Counted from the first letter of the stretch, positions 39,696 through 49,987 are shown. The stretch is 64,000 bases of DNA from Vicinamibacterales bacterium (GCA_036381155.1 DASVDJ010000035.1:137755-201754); one strand, 5' to 3'. The notes: generated from the sequence alone by a model not told the origin. Made by a program: numbers and translations.

Positions 39696-40640
39696 ATGAA
39701 GCCACGAGTCGTCATCACCGGCGTCGCCGGATTCATCGGATCGCACCTCGCCGACGCCCTGCTCGATCGCGGGTACGCGGTCATCGGCATCGACAACTTG
39801 CTGACGGGTGACACCGCGAACATCGCGCACCTGGCCGGACGGGACGACTTCCACTTCATCAAGCACGACGTCACGACCTACATCTACATCGACGGGCCGG
39901 TCGACTTCGTGCTGCACTGGGCGAGCCCGGCCAGCCCGATCGACTACCTCGAGCTGCCGATCCCGACGCTGAAGGTCGGCGCGCTCGGCACGCACCGGGC
40001 CCTCGGCCTGGCGAAGGCCAAGGGGGCGAAGTTCGTGCTCGCCTCGACGTCGGAGGTATATGGGGACCCGCTCGTGCACCCGCAGACGGAGTCCTACGGG
40101 GGCAACGTCAACCCGATCGGGCCGCGGGGCGTCTACGACGAAGCCAAGCGCTTCGCCGAGGCGATGACGGTCGCCTACCACCGCTATCACGGGCTGGACA
40201 CGAAGATCGTCCGGATCTTCAACACGTACGGACCGCGCATGCGCGTGCGCGACGGCCGCGCCGTCCCGGCGTTCATCTCGCAGGCGCTGCGGGGCGAGGA
40301 CGTGACGGTGTTCGGCGACGGGTCGCAGACCCGCAGCTTCACCTACATCTCGGACCTGGTGGACGGCGTGCTCCGGCTGATGCACTCCAACGTCAACGAG
40401 CCGGTGAACATCGGGAACCCGCGCGAGATGACGATCGCCGAGATCGCCCGGACCATCATCGGGATGACCGGGTCAAGGAGTCGCATCGTCCACCGGCCGC
40501 TGCCCGAAGACGACCCGAAGGTCCGCCAGCCGGACATCACGAAGGCGCGCACGCTCCTCGGCTGGGAGCCGAAGGTCAGCCTCGAAGAGGGGCTGCAGAC
40601 GACGATCGCGTACTTCCGCGAGAAGATTCAGGCCGTCTGA
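39696..40640 (+). CDS. UDP-glucuronate decarboxylase (UDP-xylose synthase)-like SDR
   Basis: 314 aa. Motifs: [26 protein letters not shown] (YxxxK), [19 protein letters not shown]. Confidence 0.85.
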   Translation: MKPRVVITGVAGFIGSHLADALLDRGYAVIGIDNLLTGDTANIAHLAGRDDFHFIKHDVTTYIYIDGPVDFVLHWASPASPIDYLELPIPTLKVGALGTHRALGLAKAKGAKFVLASTSEVYGDPLVHPQTESYGGNVNPIGPRGVYDEAKRFAEAMTVAYHRYHGLDTKIVRIFNTYGPRMRVRDGRAVPAFISQALRGEDVTVFGDGSQTRSFTYISDLVDGVLRLMHSNVNEPVNIGNPREMTIAEIARTIIGMTGSRSRIVHRPLPEDDPKVRQPDITKARTLLGWEPKVSLEEGLQTTIAYFREKIQAV

Positions 40641-41305
40641 CGGCGGTCCGGCGAGACGCCGGCGAGGGCGGCCACGAGCGTCGCGTCGTATTCGCACGGC
40701 TCGGCAGCCAGACGCGCGAGCGCATCCTGCCGCGACAGCCCGGACCGCACGAGCGCCTCGAGGTCGCTCGCCACCCGCAGGATCTGGGCGCCGAGCGCGA
40801 TGCGGTCGCGCCGCAGATCGACGACGGGCTCTCCGGGCAGGCTCCGTGGCTCCCGCTGCCGCTCGATCATCTGGACGACACCCGTCAGCCGCCCCCCTTC
40901 CCCGATGAGGTCCCGTGCGAGGAGCGGGTGGGAGGCGACCAGCCGCCATTCCTCCTCGCTCACCGGATCGCCGCGCAGCGCCGCCTCGCGGGTCGCCTCC
41001 GGCAGCGTCAGCCAGCCGACCTGTGAAAGCCTGGCCGCGACCTCGAACTCCCAGGCCTGCTCCAGATCGAGCGCACGCGCCAGCTCCTGCGCGATGCCGA
41101 CGATGCGCTCGGTGCGTTCCCCGATTTCGGGACGCGCGACGGTCAGGATGCGGGTGACGATTCGCGAAATCTCGAGCAGCACGCCGGCCGCGATGATGTC
41201 GCCGAGCCGGGTCTCCCCTGCCGGGATCGCCTCGCGCTGCATCCGGATGGGGAGCGGCGTGGACAGCGCTGCGGGGAACACGAAGTCAGAGGTCACAGAA
41301 GCCAT
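40628..41305 (-). CDS. Degenerate HD-GYP-like domain protein (metal-binding HD and HHExxDGxGYP motifs absent)
   Basis: Trimmed to the ATG at 41305. It aligns by eye to HD-GYP topology ([13 protein letters not shown]...[13 protein letters not shown]...[19 protein letters not shown]...[13 protein letters not shown]), but it reads SQ where HD is expected and has no GYP. Its 3' end overlaps the convergent UXS gene by 13 nt. Confidence 0.6.
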   Translation of the reverse strand: MASVTSDFVFPAALSTPLPIRMQREAIPAGETRLGDIIAAGVLLEISRIVTRILTVARPEIGERTERIVGIAQELARALDLEQAWEFEVAARLSQVGWLTLPEATREAALRGDPVSEEEWRLVASHPLLARDLIGEGGRLTGVVQMIERQREPRSLPGEPVVDLRRDRIALGAQILRVASDLEALVRSGLSRQDALARLAAEPCEYDATLVAALAGVSPDRRQTA

Positions 41306-41412
41306 GCATGCGGGGGCGGGCCGATCCCGCCCGGGTCTCCACCGCACAAATCGGCGCCTGCGGGCTCCCCTTGAATCGGAGGGCGGCGGCTGCCGCCCCG
41401 GCTGGAGCTGTC

Positions 41413-41466
41413 GTCACGGGGCACAGAGCCACGGAGGCCACGGAAATGGCACGGAGGCAGCGTGAC
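41413..41466. repeat. Short REP-like element with GTCACG/CGTGAC termini and tandem CAC(A/G)GAG cores
   Basis: GTCACG-gg-GCACAGAG-CCACGGAGG-CCACGGAAAT-GGCACGGAGG-cag-CGTGAC, in the 214-bp gap between two minus-strand genes. It shares termini and core motif with the element at 53752..53854. Confidence 0.4.
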
Positions 41467-41519
41467 GGCCGGCGGCGCCACGCCATCACGCATCGAGAAC
41501 CAGCGCCGGCTGGAGCCGC

Positions 41520-42077
41520 TCAGCTGTTGAGGATCTTCGCCACCTGTGTCGCGTAGTGCACGGCGGACAGGATCGTGATGGCGCCGGAACTGATCACCAG
41601 CACCCGGATGAACGGCTCCCACCCGCCGAGCAGGTTCCCCGCCAGCACGGCGAGGCAGGTGACGATGTAGATGGCGGTGGCGAGCTTGCCGAGCATCGAC
41701 GGGGCGAACGTACGGCGGCCGATCGCGAGGTTCACGACCGCCACGGTCAGGACGATGGCGCTGTCCCGGCTGATCACCAGGATGGTGAGCCACAGCGGGA
41801 TGCGGTACTGCAGCCCGGTGCCCGGGACCGTCAGCACCACGAAGGCCGTGACCAGCAGCAGCTTGTCCGCCAGCGGGTCGAGCCACGCCCCGAGCGTCGT
41901 CTTCTTGCCGGTGCGCCGCGCGATGAGCCCGTCGAGCGCGTCGGTCAGCCCGGCCGCGAGGAACGCGGCCAGGGCGTACCCGATACGTCCGTAGAGCACG
42001 GCCAGCACGAAGGCCGGGATCAGGACGATCCGGAGCAGCGTCAACTGGTTGGCCAGCGTCAACTGCGCGCCCGCCAT
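41520..42077 (-). CDS. pgsA: CDP-diacylglycerol--glycerol-3-phosphate 3-phosphatidyltransferase
   Basis: 185 aa. CDP-alcohol phosphatidyltransferase motif DALDGLIARRTGKKTTLGAWLDPLADK. Multiple TM helices. Confidence 0.9.
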   Translation of the reverse strand: MAGAQLTLANQLTLLRIVLIPAFVLAVLYGRIGYALAAFLAAGLTDALDGLIARRTGKKTTLGAWLDPLADKLLLVTAFVVLTVPGTGLQYRIPLWLTILVISRDSAIVLTVAVVNLAIGRRTFAPSMLGKLATAIYIVTCLAVLAGNLLGGWEPFIRVLVISSGAITILSAVHYATQVAKILNS

Positions 42078-42083
42078 GCCCGG

Positions 42084-43457
42084 TTACTCTCCCGCGCCGA
42101 GTCGATCGCGGGCGGCCAGCGGACCCGCGAGTCGCTGCAGGCGTGCCACCGTCTCGAGCAGCTCCTCGCCGGTGACGGCGCGGGTCGGCTCGAACGCCCC
42201 GCCCGCTTCGCGCTCCATCACGCCGGCGGCCACCGCCGTGGCGGCGGCGGCATGGGACGGATGTTCGGCGGGCAGATCGGGGAACGGCACCGACGCCTGC
42301 CGCCATTCGCCGGCACGTCGATCGCCGAGCGCCGCGAGCAGCTCGATGACGCGTGCGGCCGCCGCGGCGAGATCGGCGCGGCGGACCACGGCGTCGGGCT
42401 GGAAGGTGTGATTCGCGAACGCGTCCATCACGCCGGCCCGGACCGCGCTCAGCGCCCAGGCCTGGGCCCAGTGATCGCGCAAATCCGTCAGCACGGGCGT
42501 CGGCCGCTCCGGTGCGCGCGCGAGGACGCCGGGCAGGCGGAGGCCCAGCGCGGCCGCGAGATCCGCGCGCGATGCCTCCGGACGCGACGCCAGCGTGCGG
42601 AACGCTTCGGGCAGGCGTGCCAGGTCGGCTCGCTCGCGCAGTGACGCGATCCGGGCGTCGAGCTCGGGTGTCGACTCGATCCGCTGCGCCGCGACGTAGC
42701 TGGCCAGCGCCGCCTCGATGTCGCCATCGGCTTCCTGGATTTCGCCGAGCAGCACATGCGCCTGGCGATCGGCCGGATCCAGGTTCAGCGCCGCCTCGAT
42801 GTGGGCCCGCGCGAGGTCGTGACGTCCGGCGCGGCGTTCGACGGCCGCGAGCTCCCGGTACAGGACGGCGCTCTGGGGCGACGCCTTCAGCGCCCGTTCG
42901 TATGCGGCGCGCGCGCCGTCGACGTCGCCCTTGTCCGCCAGGCTGCGCGCCTGCCCGATCAGGTCGTCGAGCACGCGGAACCGCAACGTCTCGAGGCGCG
43001 GTGCCAGGTTGAGACGCGGATCCGCCGCCTGCGCGCGTTCGAAGCTCTCGAGCGCATCCGCCGACTGTCCCAGCCGCAGCAGCGCCTGCCCACGACCGAC
43101 GAGCGCGGACGCGAGCTCCGGCTCGCTCGCCAGCGCCGCATCGAACTGCGCGAGCGCACGCTCCTCGTCGTCGCGGGCGAGCGCCGCGTAGCCCTGGCCT
43201 GCCAGCGCGGCGGCCTCGGACGGCGCGGCGCGCAGCACGCGGGCGTAGACGCGGTCCGCGGCGCCGGGATCGCCCGACTGCAGGTACGCCCAGGCGGTCT
43301 GCAGGTCCGCGCCGAGGTCGGGCGGCAGCGCGGTGGACGGAACCGGTTGCACGAAGTCGGGAAACGCCGGCGAAGCCGGCATCACCGGCGGAGGGGTCCG
43401 CCGGGCACAGCCCGCGGCCAGAACCAGGAACAGGACTGCGAGAGCTCTCCGTCTCAT
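42084..43457 (-). CDS. Lipoprotein with TPR repeats and two C-terminal SLH (S-layer homology)-like domains
   Basis: 457 aa. Lipobox LVLAAGC. About 6 TPR-like repeats in the N-terminal and central region. The C-terminus has two SLH-like units (DLRDHWAQAWALSAVRAGVMDAFANHTFQPDAVVRRADLA and FPDLPAEHPSHAAAATAVAAGVMEREAGGAFEPTRAVTGEELL). ATGA overlap with hflX. Confidence 0.8.
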   Translation of the reverse strand: MRRRALAVLFLVLAAGCARRTPPPVMPASPAFPDFVQPVPSTALPPDLGADLQTAWAYLQSGDPGAADRVYARVLRAAPSEAAALAGQGYAALARDDEERALAQFDAALASEPELASALVGRGQALLRLGQSADALESFERAQAADPRLNLAPRLETLRFRVLDDLIGQARSLADKGDVDGARAAYERALKASPQSAVLYRELAAVERRAGRHDLARAHIEAALNLDPADRQAHVLLGEIQEADGDIEAALASYVAAQRIESTPELDARIASLRERADLARLPEAFRTLASRPEASRADLAAALGLRLPGVLARAPERPTPVLTDLRDHWAQAWALSAVRAGVMDAFANHTFQPDAVVRRADLAAAAARVIELLAALGDRRAGEWRQASVPFPDLPAEHPSHAAAATAVAAGVMEREAGGAFEPTRAVTGEELLETVARLQRLAGPLAARDRLGAGE

Positions 43458-44740
43458 GCCGTACCAGGGTGGCGGCGCTCCTGCTGCAGCCGCTCGAGCA
43501 CGCGGCGCGGCAGCTCCGCTTCGATCGACAGCCGCTCGGCCGTCTCGTCATGCCGCAGCACCCGGGCATGCCGATACAGGCGCGCGACCGACGCACGGTC
43601 GGCGTCCGAGCGCGGATCGAACTCCAGCGTCACGCGCTGGAGATCGAGCGCCAGATGCCGGGAAATGGCCGCGAGCAGCTGGTCGAGCCCCTCGCCCGTG
43701 AGCGCGGACACCAGCAGCGCGTCCGGATCGCCCGTCGCCAGACGCCGCCGATCCTCCTCGTCCAGCCTGTCGATCTTGTTGTACACGTGCAGCTGCGGCA
43801 CGTCGATCGCGTCGACCTCCTCGAGCACGCGGTGCACGGCGGACATGTGGCGGTCGCGGTCGGGGCTCGACGCGTCGATCACGTGCAGGATCAGATCGGC
43901 GTCGGCCACTTCTTCGAGCGTCGCGCGGAACGCCGCGACCAGCGTATGCGGCAGCCGGTCGATGAAGCCGACCGTGTCGGAGATCAGGAGCTCCCGCCGA
44001 TCGGGCAGGCGCACGCGGCGCACGAGCGGGTCGAGCGTGACGAACAGCGCGTCGGTGGCTTCCGCCCCTTCGCGCGTGAGCCGGTTGAACAGCGTCGTCT
44101 TGCCCGCGTTCGTGTAGCCGACGAGCGCCACCGTCGGGACCGCCTGCTTCTGCCGCCGTTCGCGGAGCTGGGCGCGGCGGCGCCGGACGTCCTCGATCTC
44201 TTCCTTGATCTGGTGGATGCGCGCGCGGATGCGCCGGCGGTCCGTCTCGAGCTTCGTCTCGCCCGGTCCCCGGGTGCCGATGCCGCCGCCCAGCCGTGAG
44301 AGCGCCAGCCCGGCCCCGACCAGGCGCGGCAGCAGATACTCCAGCTGCGCCAGCTCGACCTGCAGCTTGCCCTCACGCGTCCGCGCGCGGCGCGCGAAGA
44401 TGTCGAGGATGAGCTGCGTCCGATCGATGACCTTCCGCCCGACGATCTTCTCGATGTGCCGCAGCTGCCCCGGCGTCAGCTCGTTGTCGAAGATCACGAC
44501 GTCGACGTCGAGCTCGGCGCACGCGTGTGCCAGCGTCTCGATCTTGCCGCGGCCGAGGAATGTCGCCGGATCCGGGCGCGGCCGCTCCTGCGAGACCGTC
44601 AGGACCACCTCGGCCCCGGCCGCCTCGGCGAGACCGGCCAGCTCCTCGAAATGGCCATCCACCGTCGCGCGCTGATCGGCACGCGTGATGAGGCCGACGA
44701 GCGCAGCCCGTTCACGAGGTGGAGTGGCCAATGCAGACAT
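43454..44740 (-). CDS. hflX: GTPase HflX
   Basis: Trimmed to the ATG at 44740 (MSALATPPRERAALVG). HflX N-terminal domain, then G-domain (VALVGYTNAGKTTLFNRLT, SDTVGFI, NKID). Confidence 0.95.
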   Translation of the reverse strand: MSALATPPRERAALVGLITRADQRATVDGHFEELAGLAEAAGAEVVLTVSQERPRPDPATFLGRGKIETLAHACAELDVDVVIFDNELTPGQLRHIEKIVGRKVIDRTQLILDIFARRARTREGKLQVELAQLEYLLPRLVGAGLALSRLGGGIGTRGPGETKLETDRRRIRARIHQIKEEIEDVRRRRAQLRERRQKQAVPTVALVGYTNAGKTTLFNRLTREGAEATDALFVTLDPLVRRVRLPDRRELLISDTVGFIDRLPHTLVAAFRATLEEVADADLILHVIDASSPDRDRHMSAVHRVLEEVDAIDVPQLHVYNKIDRLDEEDRRRLATGDPDALLVSALTGEGLDQLLAAISRHLALDLQRVTLEFDPRSDADRASVARLYRHARVLRHDETAERLSIEAELPRRVLERLQQERRHPGTA

Positions 44741-44796
44741 CGCGGGCGTCTCGAAGGAGTCCAGGCAGGGGCGAGCGCGCGGGAACGTCGATCCGC

Positions 44797-45423
44797 TCAG
44801 TCGTCGAGCGATTCTAGCACGCGCTCCCACGGCACGGCCCCCGCCCGCAGCAGCGCGATCTCGCCGCCCGCCACCTCGACCACGGTCGACGGCGCGCCGC
44901 CCGTCGCCGGACCTCCGTCGACGAGCAGCGGCAGGTCCGGAAGCACGCGCGCGACAGCCTCGGCCGTCACGGCAGGCGGTTCGCCGCTGCGGTTCGCGCT
45001 GGTGGCGGTGATCGGATGTCCGAACGCGGCTGCCAGCGCGCGCGCCACCGGGTGCGACGACACGCGCACGCCCACGAGCCCTCTCCCGGAGCGCACGGCT
45101 CCGGCCAGCGGGACGCGCGCCGGCACGACCAGCGTCAGCGGTCCCGGCCAGAAGGCGCGCGCCAGCCGCAGCGCCCTCGCCGGCAGATCGGCGATTCGCT
45201 CGACCTGTGCCAGATCGGCCGCAATGAGCCCGATGGGCTGCGACTCCGCGCGTCCTTTGAGCTCGAACAGACGGGCCACCGCCTGCTCCAACCGGGGATC
45301 GGCAGCCAGCCCGTAGAACGTCTCGGTCGGGAAGCCGACGACGCCAGCAGCGGCAATCGCGGCCGCCGCGGCTTCGAGCTGCGGCTCGAGCGGCGCGTGT
45401 GGATGCACCGTCACCACGCGCAT
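44797..45423 (-). CDS. tsaC: L-threonylcarbamoyladenylate synthase (TsaC/YrdC family)
   Basis: Trimmed to the ATG at 45423 (MRVVTVHPH...). Motifs: GFPTETFYGLAADP, LKGRAESQPIGLI, FWPGPLTLV, TSANRSGEPP. Confidence 0.9.
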   Translation of the reverse strand: MRVVTVHPHAPLEPQLEAAAAAIAAAGVVGFPTETFYGLAADPRLEQAVARLFELKGRAESQPIGLIAADLAQVERIADLPARALRLARAFWPGPLTLVVPARVPLAGAVRSGRGLVGVRVSSHPVARALAAAFGHPITATSANRSGEPPAVTAEAVARVLPDLPLLVDGGPATGGAPSTVVEVAGGEIALLRAGAVPWERVLESLDD

Positions 45424-45634
45424 CGTGGTCCGTCCGTGATTGACAGCCGCCGGGCCGTCACGGCAGAGTGCCGGGCATGGCGAAGCCGACGAGCGGCGCA
45501 AGGAAGAAGCCGGCCCGGCCGCGCGCGCCCCTGCCTCGTCAGACCGGCGGCCCGCACGAGGACCGGACGAAGCGCCCGTGGCGGCGCCGCAAGCACCGCA
45601 AGGCGGAGCCCGACACCTGAGGCGCCCGCGTCCG

Positions 45635-46897
45635 TCACGTGTCCTCCACCGTCGGGGCGGCCATCTCGCCCGGCTCGTCGGTCATGGTCCGGCGGACGAG
45701 CGCCCCGAGCGCGACCAGCATCACGACGTTCACGTAGAAGATCGTCCGCATCCCGACGCGCGCCAGCGCGCCGGCCACCATCGGGCTCACCGCGATGCCG
45801 ACGAGCGACGCGCTCGTCAGGAAGCCGAAGCCGGTCGCGCGGACATTCCCGGGAAAGCTGTTGGCGGCCGCCGTGTACGACGCGGTCATCGCGACGCCGA
45901 TCGCGACGCCGAAGATGCCGGCCCACAGGCCGATCCACCAGACGCCGGGGCTGAGCGTGATGCCCAGGGTGGCTGCCGCTGCCACGATGGCGGCACGGCT
46001 GATCACGACGCGCCCGCTCCATTGCCGCAGCAGGCGGGCGCTGATGTGATGCCCGAGCGCGGCCGCACACGCAATCGTCGAGAAGACCAGGCCGGACTGC
46101 AGCGCGACGTCGGTACCGCTCAGCCCCGGACGGGCGATCACGAGCGGCAGCACCGGACCGAAGCTCCGGTCGACGAACTGCAGACCGAAGATCACAGCCA
46201 TCAGCAGCAGGAAGTTCTCGAAGGCCATCACGCTGCGGAACGTGACCTGCCCCCCTTCCCCGTCGCTGCGGGCCGGCTCGGCGGTCCTCCCGGGCTCACG
46301 ATAGAGCGCGAGCACCAGGACGAACGCGGCCGCGTAGAACACGGCCGTGACGAGAAACGTGCCCCGAAGCCCCACCAGGCCGGCGATCAGCCCGCCGATC
46401 ACGGGGCCCAGCGCCGGGCCGAGCCGCTGCGCCGTCTGCACCGTGCCGATCGACTGCGCGAGCCGCCCCGGCGGTGCCGACTCGGCGGCCATCGCCAGCG
46501 TGAGCGCGCCGTATCCCGCGAAGAAGCCCTGCAGCACGCGTAGCGCAAACAGGTGCCACGGCTCGCGCGCGAAGCCCATCGCCGCCATGATGAACACGAA
46601 GCTGACGAGCGATCGCGCGACCATGAAGCGCCGCCCGAAGCGGTCGGCCAGCCGCCCCCAGAGCGGCGAGAACAACGCCGTCATCGCCGGCGTCACGCCG
46701 AGCGTGACCCCGGTCCAGGCCGCGATCTCGCCGGGGTCGGTGACCCCCATCTGGCCGATGTAGATGGGCAGGAACGGCATCACGAGGGTGAAGCCCGTGA
46801 AGCCGATGAACACGGCCGCCGTCAGCGCGATCAGGTTGCGGCGCCAGAGCGCGAGATCCTCCCGCGCGCCGGTCACCGGTTCAGAAGCGGATGGCAC
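45635..46897 (-). CDS. MFS transporter (12 TM, drug/H+ antiporter-like)
   Basis: 420 aa. The GTG at 46897 overlaps the glpX 3' end by 17 nt, and an alternative GTG lies at 46876. MFS motif [10 protein letters not shown]. Hydrophobic throughout. Confidence 0.9.
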   Translation of the reverse strand: MPSASEPVTGAREDLALWRRNLIALTAAVFIGFTGFTLVMPFLPIYIGQMGVTDPGEIAAWTGVTLGVTPAMTALFSPLWGRLADRFGRRFMVARSLVSFVFIMAAMGFAREPWHLFALRVLQGFFAGYGALTLAMAAESAPPGRLAQSIGTVQTAQRLGPALGPVIGGLIAGLVGLRGTFLVTAVFYAAAFVLVLALYREPGRTAEPARSDGEGGQVTFRSVMAFENFLLLMAVIFGLQFVDRSFGPVLPLVIARPGLSGTDVALQSGLVFSTIACAAALGHHISARLLRQWSGRVVISRAAIVAAAATLGITLSPGVWWIGLWAGIFGVAIGVAMTASYTAAANSFPGNVRATGFGFLTSASLVGIAVSPMVAGALARVGMRTIFYVNVVMLVALGALVRRTMTDEPGEMAAPTVEDT

Positions 46898-47873
46898 TGC
46901 GGTTGTCGTTGCTGACGTGGATGCTGTCGATGAAGCGGATCTGCCACGGCGACGTCTGCATGATGAGCGACGCCGTCCGCGTCCCGTCGCGGAAGAAGCG
47001 CACCCCCTTCATGAGCGCCCCCTCCGTCACGCCCGTCGCGGCGAAGATGAGATGCCGTCCCGGCGCGAGGTCGATGGCGCGGTAGATGCGCCGCACGTCG
47101 GTGATGCCCATGGCCGCGCATCGTTCCTCGTCCTCGGGGGTGCGGATGACGAGCCGCGCGTAGATCTCCCCGTTGAGGCAGCGCATGGCTGCGGCGGTCA
47201 GCACGCCTTCCGGCGCGCCCCCGATGCCCATCACCGCGTGGACGCCGGTCCCCGCCACCGCGGCGACAATCGCCGCCGAGAGATCGCCATCCCTGATCAG
47301 CCGGATGCGCGCCCCGGTTGCGCGGATGTCCGCGACGAGCTGCGCATGCCGCGGCCGATCCAGCACGGTGATGACCAGGTCGTCGACATCGCGCTCCAGC
47401 GCCCGCGCAATGGCCTTCAGGTTGTCGGCGACAGGGGCATCGAGGTCGACCACGTCGCGTGCGGCCGGCGGGACGATCAGCTTCTCCATGTAGAGGTCGG
47501 GCGCGTGCAGCAGCCCGCCCCGCTCCGACGCGGCGAGCACGGCGATGGCCCCGGGCTCGCCGGTGGCGCAGAGATTCGTGCCCTCCAGCGGATCGACCGC
47601 GATGTCCACCTGCGGGGCGCCGAGCCCGCGGCGTCCCTCGAGAGCATTGGCCAGCCCGACCCGCTCGCCGATGAACAGCATCGGCGCCTCGTCGCGCTCC
47701 CCTTCGCCGATGACGATGGTGCCGTCGATCGGCACGGAATCGAGCTCGCGCCGCATCGCGGTGACGGCGGCCGCGTCCGACTTCGGTCCGTCCCCCTGCC
47801 CCATCGTCTGGGCGCAGGCGATGGCCGCCTGCTCGACGACGCGCAGGAACTCGAGCGAGAGATCACTGTCCAT
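46881..47873 (-). CDS. glpX: Class II fructose-1,6-bisphosphatase
   Basis: 330 aa. Motifs: [55 protein letters not shown]. Confidence 0.95.
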   Translation of the reverse strand: MDSDLSLEFLRVVEQAAIACAQTMGQGDGPKSDAAAVTAMRRELDSVPIDGTIVIGEGERDEAPMLFIGERVGLANALEGRRGLGAPQVDIAVDPLEGTNLCATGEPGAIAVLAASERGGLLHAPDLYMEKLIVPPAARDVVDLDAPVADNLKAIARALERDVDDLVITVLDRPRHAQLVADIRATGARIRLIRDGDLSAAIVAAVAGTGVHAVMGIGGAPEGVLTAAAMRCLNGEIYARLVIRTPEDEERCAAMGITDVRRIYRAIDLAPGRHLIFAATGVTEGALMKGVRFFRDGTRTASLIMQTSPWQIRFIDSIHVSNDNRSAIRF

Positions 47874-47892
47874 GGGCTCGCGGCGCTCGCGG

Positions 47893-49092
47893 CTACTTCA
47901 CCGGGGGCAGCTCGCACCGGGTCGGGCGATCCTGCCGGTATCCGAGCACGTAGTCCGCCTGCATGAGCGTGTGCACTTCGCGCGTGCCCTCGTAGATGAC
48001 CGCGCCCTTGGCGTTCCGGTAGAAGCGGCCGACCGGATACTCGTCCGAGTACCCGTTCGCGCCATGGACCTGCACGGCGTCGCCGGCCGCCCGCTCGGAG
48101 GCCACGGTCGCGTACCACTTCGCGAGGCTCGTCTCGCGGGTGTTGCGACGCCCGGTGTTCTTGAGGAATCCGGCACGCAGCCAGAGCAGCCGCGAGATCT
48201 GGTAGTCGGCTTCCATGTTCGCGATCATCTGCTTGACCAGCTGGTGCTCGGCGATCGGCTGTCCGAAGGTGCGGCGCTCGAGCGCGTACTTCACGCTGGC
48301 GTCGCGGCAGGCCCGAATCAGGCCGGTCGCGCCGGCCGCCACCGTGTACCGCCCCTGGTCGAGCGCGAACATCGCGATCTTGAACCCCTCGCCGGGGCGG
48401 CCGAGCACGTTCTCCTCGGGCACCTCGACCTCGTCCATCTTGAAGTACCCGGTGTTGCCCGCGCGGATCCCCCACTTCTCCGTCAGCGTGCCGCTCGAGA
48501 ACCCCTTGAACGAACGCTCGACGATGAAGGCCGTGATGCCCGACGGGTCGCGCGCCTTCTTCTTGTCGAGATCGGTCCAGCCGAAGACGAGGAAGTTGTC
48601 GGCGACGTCGGCCAGCGAGATCCACATCTTCTCGCCGGTCAGCACGTAGCGATCCCCCGTGCGCACGGCGACGGTCTGGATCCCGCGCACGTCGGAGCCG
48701 GCCGCCGGCTCGGTGAGCCCGTACGTCGCAATCTTCTCGCCACGTGCCTGCGGCACGAGGTACCGCTGCTTCTGGTCTTCCGTCCCCCACGTCAGCAGCG
48801 ACAGGCTGTTGAGCCCCGCATGAACGGACATGATGACGCGCAGCGAGGTGTCGACGTACTCGAGCTCTTCGCTCGCCAGCCCGAGCGCGATGTAGTCCAT
48901 GCCGGCGCCGCCGTACTCCACGGGCACCGAAATGCCCAGCAGCCCCAGTGCGGCCATCTGCGGCAGGATCGCGCGATCGAAATGGTGGGCCCGGTCGAGC
49001 TCCGCGATGCGCGGCGCGATCTCGCGCGCGGCCCAGTCGCGGACCGTCGACTCGAGCAGGCGGTGCTCTTCCGACAGATCGAAATTGATCAT
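47893..49092 (-). CDS. Acyl-CoA dehydrogenase
   Basis: 399 aa. Motifs: [21 protein letters not shown]-terminal QVHGANGY ... IYEGT. Confidence 0.95.
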   Translation of the reverse strand: MINFDLSEEHRLLESTVRDWAAREIAPRIAELDRAHHFDRAILPQMAALGLLGISVPVEYGGAGMDYIALGLASEELEYVDTSLRVIMSVHAGLNSLSLLTWGTEDQKQRYLVPQARGEKIATYGLTEPAAGSDVRGIQTVAVRTGDRYVLTGEKMWISLADVADNFLVFGWTDLDKKKARDPSGITAFIVERSFKGFSSGTLTEKWGIRAGNTGYFKMDEVEVPEENVLGRPGEGFKIAMFALDQGRYTVAAGATGLIRACRDASVKYALERRTFGQPIAEHQLVKQMIANMEADYQISRLLWLRAGFLKNTGRRNTRETSLAKWYATVASERAAGDAVQVHGANGYSDEYPVGRFYRNAKGAVIYEGTREVHTLMQADYVLGYRQDRPTRCELPPVK

Positions 49093-49174
49093 GGGATCCT
49101 TCCGGCGGGGGTCATGAAACGGCGCCGGGCCGCAGCGTCAGCGGCCAGGCAGCCTCCGAGGGTACTACAGGGCG

Positions 49175-49981
49175 TCAGCTGACGTCGACGCGGACCGACG
49201 CGCCGGCGCCGAGCCCCAGCCGCTCCGCGGCGTTGCCGCCGTTCACCGCGATCTCCAGCCAGCCCGCGCTGCCGAACAGGGCGCAGAGCATGCCGGCGGG
49301 GACGTCGGCGTACGTGCCCGCGATGCCGTCGATCCGCCGGCCGCCGATCGAGAGAACGACGCCGGCGTCCGCGCCTGACACCTGCGCACGCAGCGCGTCG
49401 AGGGCCCCGCGGTCGATGTTCGTGATGAGATTGCCGAAGCGGTCCACGCGCTGCACCATCCCGTGCAGCGTCCCCCCGTCGGCGCGCGGTTCCGGCAGCT
49501 CCAGCTGCTGCCAGTCGGTCACCTGCGGGCCGAGCGCCTCGAGCGCGGTGCCGCGTGCCAGCCACGCCGCTGCCGGCGCGAACCGATCGCGCCCCTCGAA
49601 CGTGCGGCTGACGTCCGGCCGGGCAAACCGGGCCTCGGCCAGTTCCACCACGATCGCCCCCGGATCGGTTCTGAGCACGGGACCGAGCACGCCGTTGTCG
49701 GGCGCGACGAACCGGCAGCCGCCGGCGCGCGCGGCCAGCGCCCGCCGCCCCGACCCGACGCCCGGATCGACGACGACGAGGAACACGGTGTCCGCCGGAA
49801 AGTACCGCCACGCCGCCGCCAGCTCGAAGGCCGCGGCATGAATGTCCTGGGGCGGGATCTCGTGGGTGACGTCGACGAGCGCCGCGTCCGGGCAGATCCC
49901 GAGCACGACGCCCTTCATGGTCCCCACGTAGTGATCGCGGGTCCCGAAGTCGGTCAGGAGGGCGACGACCGGCCGGGCCAC
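49175..49981 (-). CDS. SAM hydrolase / SAM hydroxide adenosyltransferase family protein (DUF62)
   Basis: 268 aa. Motifs: VALLTDFGTRDHYVGTMKGV, VVVDPGVGS, PDNGVL, DRFGNLITNI. Confidence 0.9.
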   Translation of the reverse strand: MARPVVALLTDFGTRDHYVGTMKGVVLGICPDAALVDVTHEIPPQDIHAAAFELAAAWRYFPADTVFLVVVDPGVGSGRRALAARAGGCRFVAPDNGVLGPVLRTDPGAIVVELAEARFARPDVSRTFEGRDRFAPAAAWLARGTALEALGPQVTDWQQLELPEPRADGGTLHGMVQRVDRFGNLITNIDRGALDALRAQVSGADAGVVLSIGGRRIDGIAGTYADVPAGMLCALFGSAGWLEIAVNGGNAAERLGLGAGASVRVDVS

Positions 49982-49987
49982 GGCGCC

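Noticed and set aside
41447-41463. TGGCACGGAGGCAGCGT, a sigma-54-like -24/-12 match with GC at the right spacing.
   Set aside because: It is on the plus strand in a gap whose flanking genes are both minus-strand, so it has nothing to drive. It is also part of the CACGGAGG repeat element, which explains the sequence.
41293-43596. A 767-aa minus-strand ORF spanning pgsA, the TPR-SLH gene and part of hflX.
   Set aside because: It is out of frame with three well-supported genes on the same strand. Its composition is extremely Arg/Gly/Pro/Ala-rich and it has no motifs.
45477-45620. A 47-aa highly basic ORF (MAKPTSGARKKPARPRAPLPRQTGGPHEDRTKRPWRRRKHRKAEPDT) in the 211-bp gap between tsaC and the MFS gene. 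It is not in the track.
   Set aside because: No Shine-Dalgarno sequence is visible, and Arg/Pro-rich composition is what random GC-rich frames give. There is no similarity I can recall to known small basic ribosomal or nucleoid proteins. It is worth a Ribo-seq look only.
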